Position numbers and translations under genes: made by a program. A stretch of DNA of 58,339 nucleotides. Origin: an uncultured Burkholderiaceae bacterium (lineage in GTDB: Bacteria > Pseudomonadota > Gammaproteobacteria > Burkholderiales > Burkholderiaceae_E). Shown piece by piece: positions 7,460 to 17,800 of this stretch; within the stretch, counting starts at the first letter, position 1, and each line of letters begins with the position of its first letter. The notes under the pieces are model-generated. The model saw nothing but the letters and a program-made list of their open reading frames with translations, was not told where the DNA came from and did not search any database. The stretch spans positions 1 through 58,339 of the forward strand of contig CAXBNM010000001.1 of the NCBI GenBank assembly GCA_963976885.1, written 5' to 3'.

Positions 7460-9265
7460 TCAGCCTTCGCCCACCACTTTGACCTCAAGGCCAAGGTGCA
7501 GATACTGCTGGCGCAGCAGATTCAGGAAATGATCGGCCGGGATGGGCTGGCTGCACAGAAAGCCCTGGTACACGTCGCACTTGGCCGTACGCAGAAACTC
7601 CAACTGCTCCGGTTCTTCGACGCCTTCGGCCGTGACTTCAAAGCCCAGACTGCGCGACATTGCCAGCACGGCCAGGACGATTGCACAGCTGTCGGTATCT
7701 TCCGGAATACCGGAAACGAAGGACTTGTCGATCTTCAATTCGTCCAGACGCATGCGCTTGAGGCTGCTCAGCGACGAATAGCCGGTGCCGAAATCATCGA
7801 TCGAGGTCCGCACGCCGAGCGTTTTCAGTCCTTCGATGGTCTGCGTGTTTTCCTCCGTATCGTCCATCATCATCGACTCGGTCACTTCGATGGTCAGCAT
7901 GCTCGGATGCAGGCCGGTCCGGTGCACGGTTTCCTGAACATCCAGCAGGAGACGGCCATCGGCAAAGTGCGGGGCGGAGATGTTGACCGCCACCGTGCAG
8001 TCCGTAATGCCTGCTTCGCGCCAGCGAACCGCTTCACGGCAGGCTTGTTCCAGAACCCATGTGCCGATGTCGGAGATCAGGCCGAGTTCTTCGGCCAGCG
8101 GAATGAAATCGACGGGCGAGACTCGGCCGTGTACTGGATGATTCCAGCGAATCAGGGCTTCGGCACCGCAGATAAGATCGCTTTCGATGTCTACCTTGGG
8201 TTGATAGTACAACTCAAACTGGCCCGAATTGAGCGCCTTGCGAATATCGCGCTCCATCTCGAGGCGCCGCAGGGCTTGTTCGTTCAGAACCGGCGAGAAG
8301 AATCCGTACTGATGCATCCCTTGCCGACGGGCGCCAGCGAGGGCGCCATGGGCGGCCTGCAACAAACCATCGGCACTGCTGGCGTCCATAGGCGCGGCAG
8401 CGATGCCGACCGCGGAACTGAGATGAAACTCAAGTCCCTCGTGCGGGATGGACTGAGCCAGCGCCCGATTGATGCGTCGGGCAATATCGGCGCCGTGATC
8501 GGTGCTGTCTGTGCCTTGCAAAATTACCGCAAACTCGTCGCCGCCAATGCGGGACAAGGTCAGGCGGAGCGCTTCATTAGTGCGCGGGTCGCTGGCTTTC
8601 AAACAAGCCTGAATGCGTCTGGCGGCAATCTGTACGACATGGTCGCCAACTCGCCGGCCGACAGTTTCATTGATCTTCTTGATGCCATTGATCTCGATTT
8701 GCAGCAAGGTGCAAGGCGAGTCCGGGCCCTTGGCGCGGCGAATGGCGGAGTCAAGCTGATTGTTGAACATCCGTCGGTTGGGCAGATTGGTCAAGCCGTC
8801 AAAGTAGGTAAGCCGGTCCTGGTGCGCCTTGAAGGCCAGTGTGTTGCGCAGCCGGAGGATCAGTTCGCTCGGGTCAACCGGCTTGGCCAGAAAGTCGGTA
8901 GCGCCCATTTCCAGAACCTTGAGCTTGGTCTGAGCGTCGCTGGCCGAAGTCATCACGATGACAGGCAGCATCCGGGTATCGGGAGCGGCCTTGACCGTGC
9001 GCAAAATTTCAAAACCGTCAACCCCAGGCATCATCAAGTCCAGCAGCAATACGTCTGGTCGTTTGGCGTGTACGGTGGCTACTGCCTGGCGCGGATCGTT
9101 CAGCGCGATGAAGTCGAGGTAGCCCGACTCTTCCAGGAACGCCCGTACCAGTTCGGTCAGGATGGGCTCGTCATCGACCATCATTACACGGGCGCTGGTG
9201 GCCAATGAAACTTCAATGGGGTCAATGCCTGCAAACTCGGTCATGGATACATCGGGTTGATTCAT
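7460..9265 (-). CDS. Response regulator with REC-GGDEF-EAL architecture (c-di-GMP turnover)
   Basis: REC domain (MMVDDEPIL...DVLLLDLMMPGVDG). GGDEF motif intact (RIGGDEFAVIL). EAL motifs intact (EALIRW, DDFGTGYSSL, EGVE, YQGF). Its ATG overlaps the upstream stop as ATGA (9262-9265). Confidence 0.92.
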   Translation of the reverse strand: MNQPDVSMTEFAGIDPIEVSLATSARVMMVDDEPILTELVRAFLEESGYLDFIALNDPRQAVATVHAKRPDVLLLDLMMPGVDGFEILRTVKAAPDTRMLPVIVMTSASDAQTKLKVLEMGATDFLAKPVDPSELILRLRNTLAFKAHQDRLTYFDGLTNLPNRRMFNNQLDSAIRRAKGPDSPCTLLQIEINGIKKINETVGRRVGDHVVQIAARRIQACLKASDPRTNEALRLTLSRIGGDEFAVILQGTDSTDHGADIARRINRALAQSIPHEGLEFHLSSAVGIAAAPMDASSADGLLQAAHGALAGARRQGMHQYGFFSPVLNEQALRRLEMERDIRKALNSGQFELYYQPKVDIESDLICGAEALIRWNHPVHGRVSPVDFIPLAEELGLISDIGTWVLEQACREAVRWREAGITDCTVAVNISAPHFADGRLLLDVQETVHRTGLHPSMLTIEVTESMMMDDTEENTQTIEGLKTLGVRTSIDDFGTGYSSLSSLKRMRLDELKIDKSFVSGIPEDTDSCAIVLAVLAMSRSLGFEVTAEGVEEPEQLEFLRTAKCDVYQGFLCSQPIPADHFLNLLRQQYLHLGLEVKVVGEG

Positions 9266-11850
9266 CGAACTGCCTCAGCAGCATTGGCTTTGCCAGTGGG
9301 CGGGCCATCGGCTGGTGGGGGTGCCTGAATTCTGATGGCCAGCAAGACTATTTCTGCCATTGCAACCTGGGCGCCCGCCAAGTCGCCTGCCTTTGCGTAC
9401 TCTTCCAGAGTTCGGGCCGGTTCGGTGAACGAATCAAAGCCCACCGAGCCGGCTGAACCTTTGAGCCAGTGCGCTGATCCGGCCAGATCGTCCATTCGTT
9501 CTTCCAGGATCTCTTCTTGCATCTGGTCGATTCGTAACGGCAGGTTGTTGACGAAGCTGCGGATGATGTTGTGCAGTCGTGGTTGTGTATGCAATCGTGA
9601 CAGCAAGGGCTCAGGGGCAGCTTCAGGAGCGGCTACTGCGGCCGCTGTGGTCACTGCAGGCTTGGCGGCGGCCTCGATCGACGCGCTCTGGGCCGGCGGA
9701 TTGGCCGGCGCTGGCTGATGACTGGTTGCGGCTTTGGTGCCGCCGATTTCATGCGCGAGTCGCTCGAGCAGCAGATCGATGTCGATCGGTTTGGTCAGAT
9801 AGCTGTCGCAGCCAACTTCCTTGATCTCTTGCTCGAAGCCGGCCAATGCATGGGCGGTGAAAGCGATGATGGTGGTGGTAAAGCCTTCCTTGCGAAGCGT
9901 GCGTGTGGCCTCGTAGCCATCCATGACCGGCATCTGCATATCCATCAATACGACATCGAACGATTCGGCTCGTACCTTCTCGACGGCCTCCAGGCCGTTG
10001 CTGGCTTCCACGACATCAATGCCGGCGTCGGTCAGAACCACATTGACCAGTTGGCGGTTCTCGGGCGAATCGTCAACCACCAGCACACGACCGGAGTCGA
10101 ACTGCCAGGTTTCGTTCGATTGCTCGTCCGGGGCCGATGTCTGCATGGCCTCGGCCGCATCGATGAGTGTCAGCAACGCGTCGCTTTGCTCGGCCGCGGC
10201 GAGGGGCAGGGTAATCCTGAACTCGCTACCGTGCCCCATCTCGCTGGTCACGGTGATGTCACCCCCCATTGCGCGGGCAAACTTGCGACTGATGGTCAAA
10301 CCCAGACCGGTTCCGCCGAAGCGACGAGTGGTTGAGCTTTCGGCCTGGGTAAAGGGTTCAAAAATGCTCGCCAGCTTGTCCTGCCCGATCCCAATGCCTG
10401 AATCGCGCACGCAGATTTCCAGAACGCCACCGTCGCTGTTGTCCCGGTAGGCCTCGGTAATGGTGACCTGGCCCTGCTCGGTAAACTTGATCGCATTGCC
10501 GGTGAGATTGGTCAGAATCTGCCGCAGGCGGGCCGGGTCGGTTTTGATGGCGGCCGGTACCGGTGTCAACACCTCGAAGCTCAGGCCAACCGCTTTCTCA
10601 TCGGCGCGAACCCGCAGTATTTCGATCACATCGTGGATGATCTGATGAGGCGGATGGTCGATTTGCTCAACCTTGAACTCGCCGGCCTCTACTTTGGACA
10701 AATCCAGAATGTCGTTGATCAGTTCCAGCAGATGTTTGCCGTTGCGGTGAATGGTCTCAAGGTATCGGTCTGCTTCACCCGCGTTCTGTGTCTTGCCGCG
10801 CCTGATCAGTTCGGTAAAGCCCAAAACCGCATTCATCGGGGTGCGGATTTCATGGCTCATATTGGCCAGAAATTCAGTCTTGGCGCGGTTGGCCTGCTCG
10901 GCGTGTGCGGTTGCGGCCAGTAGTGCAACTTCCTTCTCTTCCAGTTCGGTAACGTCGTCGAGACTGATCATCGCGCCGTTGACGGTTTTATGGTCGCCCA
11001 TGATGGCCGCGCTATTGGCCAGGAAGGAACGAGAGATGCCGTCGGCGCGGCGAATCGATACCGGCAGATTGCGGGTGGAGATACCATCACGCATGGTCTG
11101 CGCCCAGGGCAAGGCATCGGCGGCTATTGCTTCGCCGTCACGGTTGTGCCATTCGAATCGGGCCGCCGGTGTGCCGATCATATCGTCGGCCTGTTCCCCG
11201 ACCAGTTCACAGAAGGAGCTGTTGGTCAGCACGATCTGGCCTTGTGCATCGATCAGCATCAGGCTTTCGGCCAGCGTATCCAGCGCGTTTCTGACCCGGG
11301 CCGGGACGGTCCGGGATGGGTCGAGATGGCGCAACATGCGGCCGAGATAGAGAAAGAACGCAACGAAGCAGATGGCGCACAGCGCGACCACCGACAGCAC
11401 TCGGTCGTCCAGCAGAAAGCCGATCACGCCGGGCCGGGTTACCGGCTGAAAGAGCAATTCCATTTGGCCCCAGCGGTCGCCGCCGCTGAGCAGCGGCACG
11501 ACAATCTGGGTTTCGGTGGATTCAGCGTCTGCCGGTGGCGACCAGCTCTGGGCATGATCGCCCGTCTGAACCAGCAAGGAGCTGTCGGCCTGGCGAACCG
11601 CCAGACTGGTCAGTGCCGGATCGCGCTCAACGGCAAAGTCGAGCATCTGTTGAACCGAGTTGGTGTCATCATGAATCAGTGCGGACATGGCGCCGGCAGC
11701 GACCAGTTCGGCGGTAGAGATCCGGTTCAGACGCTCGAGCTTGGCCCGATCGGGCAACATGCCGAGAAAGTAGACGATCAGCATCGCGCTCGAGACCAGC
11801 GAGACCAGTCCCAAAGTGAGCAAGACGCGTGCAGTTTGCTTGCGCTTCAT
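9262..11850 (-). CDS. Hybrid sensor histidine kinase (2 TM sensor, PAS, HisKA, HATPase, REC, Hpt)
   Basis: Two TM segments flank a region of about 130 aa. PAS-like LMLIDAQGQIVLTN. H-box FLANMSHEIRTPMN. G-boxes DSGIGI and GGTGLGL. REC VLVVDDSPENR...VLMDMQMPVMDG. Hpt HWLKGSAGSVGF. ATGA overlap with the giant gene stop (11847-11850). Confidence 0.93.
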   Translation of the reverse strand: MKRKQTARVLLTLGLVSLVSSAMLIVYFLGMLPDRAKLERLNRISTAELVAAGAMSALIHDDTNSVQQMLDFAVERDPALTSLAVRQADSSLLVQTGDHAQSWSPPADAESTETQIVVPLLSGGDRWGQMELLFQPVTRPGVIGFLLDDRVLSVVALCAICFVAFFLYLGRMLRHLDPSRTVPARVRNALDTLAESLMLIDAQGQIVLTNSSFCELVGEQADDMIGTPAARFEWHNRDGEAIAADALPWAQTMRDGISTRNLPVSIRRADGISRSFLANSAAIMGDHKTVNGAMISLDDVTELEEKEVALLAATAHAEQANRAKTEFLANMSHEIRTPMNAVLGFTELIRRGKTQNAGEADRYLETIHRNGKHLLELINDILDLSKVEAGEFKVEQIDHPPHQIIHDVIEILRVRADEKAVGLSFEVLTPVPAAIKTDPARLRQILTNLTGNAIKFTEQGQVTITEAYRDNSDGGVLEICVRDSGIGIGQDKLASIFEPFTQAESSTTRRFGGTGLGLTISRKFARAMGGDITVTSEMGHGSEFRITLPLAAAEQSDALLTLIDAAEAMQTSAPDEQSNETWQFDSGRVLVVDDSPENRQLVNVVLTDAGIDVVEASNGLEAVEKVRAESFDVVLMDMQMPVMDGYEATRTLRKEGFTTTIIAFTAHALAGFEQEIKEVGCDSYLTKPIDIDLLLERLAHEIGGTKAATSHQPAPANPPAQSASIEAAAKPAVTTAAAVAAPEAAPEPLLSRLHTQPRLHNIIRSFVNNLPLRIDQMQEEILEERMDDLAGSAHWLKGSAGSVGFDSFTEPARTLEEYAKAGDLAGAQVAMAEIVLLAIRIQAPPPADGPPTGKANAAEAVR

Positions 11851-14800
11851 AGTGTGGCCCTGGGGGAATCGGACGCAAGGTCCGGCGCATCAGCAGGCGA
11901 GTCGTCCGCCGCTTGCTGGCGTGCCTGTTCAAGCATGGATTCAATGGACTCATCGTCGCCGGTGCCGCCTTCGGCAACCGGCATATTGCTCAGAACCGGC
12001 AACGGATCAATTGATCGCCATGCGGGCATCGTCGCCAGCACGCTGCTGAGCAGGGCGCCGCTGCGAATCAGCCAGAGTACATAGCCGATGGAAAGGGTTG
12101 AGCTGAGGGCAAACGACGAGGTAACGATCTGGCGATCAAATGACGTTTGCGCTTGGATCTCATCTTTGATGGATTGAAGCTGGCGACTGAAGTATTCGCT
12201 GGAAAAATCTACCTGCTCGATGCCGTAGCTGCGTTCGGTCTGGAGCTGATCGACGGGCAGATCAAAGCGTCGTTCACTCTCCTGATTATCGGACAGACCT
12301 TGTACGGCAGGCGGTATCTCGCGCCGGCCGGCCAGCAGCGCCGATTGGGCGTTGCGCTCGATCGGGCTCTGGCCGTCCGATGCCGAGTCTTCGACGAGCG
12401 CGGCCTGCGCCCGGCCACTGGCATTGTCGCTATCGCCGCCTGGTGTGTCGGCTCGTCCGTCGTTGTTGATCTCGTCGTCGGCATCGTCATCGCCGTCGGC
12501 ATCGTCGTTGTCCGTTGCTGAGTCATCGGCTACCTCATTGTCCGGTGCTTCGGCGGGTTCATCGGGAACAATGCTCGGTTGCAGGCTTTCGATGCCTACT
12601 TTGATAACGCCGCTGCGGCCGCCCTCGCTGTCTTCGATCTGGATTTCGAAGCTGTCATTGCTGCCAGTGGCTTTATCAGCCAGGTAGCTGACCTTGCCCT
12701 CGCTCAGTTGCTGCTGCGTGAACCGGTCACCCGTGTTGAGCTTGACGCCATCAAGAAGCAGGCTTCCCTGGCTTGGTGTGTTCAACACAACGAAGTGCAA
12801 CTCACTGGCATCGTCCTCGATGTCGGTTGCCGACAGCACGGCAGTGCTGAGAACCCGTTCGGTGCCGGGCTCGGCTGACGTCCACATGGATCCTGCCGGG
12901 CTTGGGCTGTCATTGACCGCAATGATTTCGATTGTGGTGCTGATCGTTACCGAGCGGGTCGGATCGTTCGGATCGATGAAGCTGGCTTGCGCGGCCCAGT
13001 TGCCGTTAACGTCCTGGTCGGGGCGGTAGTCGAGAGTCAGCAGGGCAGCGGCAATGTCGCTGACCGACCCACTCAAGCGCATGCTTTGATCGGCGACGCC
13101 GTCACCTTGAGTGAAGGTCAAGCCAGTGGTCTGTCTCAACGATAACGACCCGGACGACACCGCCAGGTTCAGCTCCAGCACGCTGGCGTTCAACGGGTCC
13201 GCGAAGTTCAGGCTTTGACCCCATGGGCTGGTCTGATCTTCCATGATCTGCCGGTTGCCCGACCATTGCGCGGTCAGGCCGTCGGGGTTGACTGCTACCC
13301 CGACGCGCAAAGACTGGGTGTCGGCTCGGACTCCGTCCGACGCGCTGACCAGGACGTGATAGATATTGTCGCCATCAGCATCCATTGGATTGTCCGCCGT
13401 TGGCAGGAAGCGAAAACTCAGAGCGCCGGAGGTGTTGTTGATGTTGAACGCCGCGGCATCTGTGCCTCCGGCGATCGTGTAGAACAGCGTCGGAGAGTCC
13501 GGGTCGTTTGCCCGTACCGTGGTCACAGCTGTGGTGCGGTCGGGCAGCGTGATACTGGCTGAGTCACCGCCGTTGTTGCTCGTGATCGTCGGCGAATAGT
13601 CGACTGTATTGATGACATTGAAAGTCAGGAGCGCGCCTGAGGTACTGAACAGGCCGGCGCTGTCGGCTACCTGGAAGCGAAAGCTTGCATAAGGTGAACC
13701 CACGCCATGCTCAACCGGGGTGAATACCAGCTCGCCGGCTGTCAGGCTGGCCTGGGAGATCTCCTGGCCGACAGCGACGCCTGTGCCGTTCAGGGACAGT
13801 GTGCCAAGGGTTGGCAGGGTATCAATACGTACGGCGCTGAGTGTGTCGTATGCATCCTGGTCGGCAAAGGCGAAATCTGCAACAGTCAACGCGGCAGAAG
13901 TTGATTCGTCGATGGTGCGCGTGTTGCCGTTGGAGGAGGGGGCCTCATTGACGTCGCTGACAGCAATGGTGAAACTGCGCTGGATTGTCGATCCATCGGA
14001 GGAACGCGCCAGTACATTGATTTGATGGGGCAGATCCGTCTCGAAGTCAAAGACAGCCGCATCGCTCACCGTGACCACACCGGTGTTTGCATCAATCGCG
14101 AACAGCGCGTCAGGGTTCGAATTGAGCTCGTAAGTAATGATGCGGCCGTTGTCTGTGTCAGTGGTCTGCACGGTAATGCCGACCGGGGTTCCTGCAACAG
14201 CATTCTCCGCGACGGCATCGGGCGTGGCGTCGCTGTCGATGATGGGATTCAGCCCTTCATTGACATTCGTCACCGCGACGTTGAAGGTTCGAGTGATGGT
14301 TGACCCGTCATTGGAAGTGGCACGCACGGTGATCTGATGCGATTCACTTGTTTCAAAATCGATGTTCGCGCCATTGCTGACAGTTACCACGCCGGTGTTG
14401 GCATCAATGCCAAACAGCGGACTGCTGTCGGGGTCGAGCGAGTAGGTGATGGTTCTACCCTGGTCGGTGTCGGTCGCACGAGCCGTAATGCCCGTGGCGG
14501 TGCCTGCGACTGAGTTCTCGGCGATGGAGTTGGCTGCGCCGTCGAGGTCCGCGATCGCCGAGAGGCCTTCATTGACATCGATGACATCGATCGAAAAGAT
14601 TCGAGTCGCCGTGGAGCCGTCGTCCGAACTTGCCCGAACGGTAATGAAGCGTTGTGCTGATGACTCGTAGTTGATGGTGGCGCCGCTATCAACGCTGACG
14701 ACGCCGGTATTGGCGTCAATGACGAACGCACTGTCGGAGCCCGGCTCGAGCGAGTATGTGATGGTGCGACCGCTATCAGTATCGGTCGCGTGAGCAGTAA

Positions 14801-17800
14801 TGCCTACCGTGGTGCCTGCCGCTGAATTCTCAAGCACCTGATTGTTCGCGTCGTCACTGTCCGTGTCGACGATCGCTGAGAGCGGCTCGTTGACATTGGT
14901 TACGTCGATGTCAAAAGTGCGTGTAACCGTGGAGCCATCGCTGGAAGTGGCTCGAATCTGAATCTGGTGTTGAGTGCCGTTTGGTGCCTCGTAGTTGATC
15001 TCGGCTCCGGTGGCCACCGAGACGACGCCCGTTGTCCCGTCAATTGCAAACAGGCCGCTGGGGTCGGACTCCATGGTGTAAGTTATGGACTGTCCGAGAT
15101 CGGCATCGCTCGTATGTGCTGTGATGCCAACCAGTGTTCCCTGGCTGGCATTCTCATTGACTGAGTTCGTGGCGCCATCGTCATCAATGATTGCCGATAA
15201 AGGCTCGTTGACATTATTGATCTGAACAGTGAAGTCGCGTTCGGAGTAAGAGCCGTCTGAAGAATCAGCTCGTATGCGTATCGTATGTTCTGTCGCGTTT
15301 TCGTAGTTGAAGCTTGCTCCGTCATTGACGGTCACTACGCCAACCGTGTCGTCCGCAATCTTGAACAGATTGCCAGGGTTGGAACTGATCGAATAGGTTA
15401 CTGTATCGCCGGCATCGGGGTCCGTGGCCGATGCTGTAATACCGACAGGCGTATTGGCGGCGGCGTCCTCTGAAATCGCGTCGACCCCTGCATTCGCATC
15501 AATGATCGCGGATATGTCGTCGTTAACGTTGGTCACGGAGATGGTGAACGTACGCTCGGTAAACGTGCCGTCGCTGGATGTGGCACGCACGACTATCATG
15601 TAGTCATCACCAGGCGTCCACGTGAAGCTTCCGGCCTGATTGACGGTCACGGTGCCGTCTGCGGGGTCGACAATCTCGAATCGATTGCCAGGATTACTGG
15701 TCAGGCTGTAGCTGATCGTGTCGCCATCGTCAGGATCGATCGCCAACGCGGAAATGCCAACCGATGTACCTCCGGTGGCCGTTTCAGGGATCAGATTGCT
15801 CGTGCCGTCAATGTCTGCAATTGCCGAAACGCTTTCATTGACATTGGCTATGCTGATCGTGAACGTCGCGGTCGTGAAGCTGCCGTCCGTTGATGTTGCC
15901 CGTACCTGGATCTGATGTTGCTGGGCTGCTTCAAAGTCAAGAGAAGCGGCCGCGACGACACTGACGACACCGGTAGATCCGTCAATGGCAAATCGGTTGC
16001 CTGCGTTGTCGTCGAGGGTATAAGTGATGGTTTCGCCTTCAGGATCCTGCGCCATCGCCGTGATCAATGCCAACGTCCCCGCAGGCGAGTTCTCTGCCAC
16101 TGTGTTCGGCGACGCGTCAGCGTCGCTGATCGGCCCCACAGATTCGTCGATATCGGTCACGCTGATCGTAAAGATTTTCGTTGTACTGCTGCCGTCCGAT
16201 GAGCGGGCTTCGACGGTCACATCATGAGTATCGGCGTCTTCGAAATTGATGGGTGTATTGCCACTGACGGTGATGATGCCGGTATTGGCATCGATGATGA
16301 ACCGATCCCCCGCATTGTCGATGAGAGAATAGGTGACGCTGTCACCGTCCTGATCAAGCGCTGCTGCCGTCACGCCGACAGTGGTTCCTGCTGCGGCGTT
16401 CTCGGCGATCCGGTTCACCGTAGCATTGTCGGCATCGCTGATTGCCGAGACCGGATCATTGGCATCGAGCACATTGATGGTGAAGACTCGATCACTGTAG
16501 TCGCTGGGCGACCCGGAAGACTGGGCGCGCACTTCGATGTCGTGCTGTTGGGCTGCTTCGTAGTCAATAGGCGTATTGCCGCTCACCGTCACGACACCGG
16601 TGGCGACATCGATGACGAAACGCCCTCCGGCGTCATCGAGCAGCGAGTATTCGACGGTCTCGCCGGCATCTTCGTCCTCAGCGTATGCCGTAATTCCTGT
16701 CAAAGTTCCTGCGCCGGCATTCTCGGTGACACTGTTCGGTTCGGTGATATCAGTGTCCGTGATTGCTGATACCGGATCATTCGCGTCGGTGACGGCGATG
16801 GTGAAGTCTTGTTGCGTGGAATCATCCGGGGACGTGGCCGCGACTGTTATCTGATAGCTGCCCACTCCTTCAAATTGAAGAGGCGTGTTGCCGGTATAGG
16901 TGACGACGCCGGTATTGGCGTCGACTGCAAAGCGGCCTCCCGCGTCATCGGTCAGCGAATAAGACACCGTTTCTTCGTCGCCATCGATTGCGTAGGCGGT
17001 AAGGCCGACTGCAGTGCCTGCGCTGGCGTTTTCGGCTATTGCGTTGGCGTCCGCTGTGTTGGCGTCGGTAACCGGCGAAAGTGGCTCAGGGACATTGCTG
17101 ATGCTGACGACGAAAAAGGCCTCGCTGAAACTGCCATCCGTTGAACTGGCGCGTATCTTGACCTGATGGGAGTCGTCGTTCTCGAAATCGAAGCTCGCCG
17201 TGTTGCTTACGGAAACCACGCCGCTACTGGCATCGATGACGAATCGGTTTCCAGGGTTGCTTATCAGTTGGTACGTAACGGTATCGTCGGGGTCAGGGTC
17301 GGTTGCCTGGGCGGTGATGCTGGTCTGCGTGCCGGCGGTGGCATTTTCGGGCAGTTTCGCGTCAGACGCGTTGCTGTCGGTTACCGCTCCAACCGTGCTG
17401 TCGTTATCCCGATTGGTCCATGGAATAACGACATCCGGCATCGCCTGATAATTGACGTCCGTACTGCCGGCAGTTGAAAAGGTGATGTTGTAAATAATGT
17501 CGCCGTCAATGATTCCGTCTTCGACCGGCGTAACAGAGAATGTTTGCCACGCGCTCCAGTTGCCCGAAGTGACGTTAAGCGTGGCCTGGCTCAGCGTACC
17601 TTCAGTTGGATCCGAGATCGTGGCGGTGATTGTGACGTCTGCGGTCGGCTGTGAGCTCAGTGCTACCCGAAAATCGACGCTGTTGCCTCCTTCGACAGTG
17701 AACTGACCACCAGGAAAATCAAAGTTGAGCGATACCGGCTCGAAGGCGGAGTTTGCCAGAAGCACACCTTGAGTGTCCGCATCGCTCTTGCCGCTGTAGA

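Noticed and set aside
7496-9208. 570-aa plus-strand ORF covering the REC-GGDEF-EAL gene
   Set aside because: It is antisense to a gene with unambiguous REC, GGDEF and EAL motifs, and its own translation is low-complexity with no signatures.
13945-17395. Periodic repeats as a possible CRISPR or other non-coding array
   Set aside because: The period is about 306 bp, the units are fully in-frame inside a long ORF, and they encode cadherin-like domains. There is no short repeat/spacer structure anywhere in the window.
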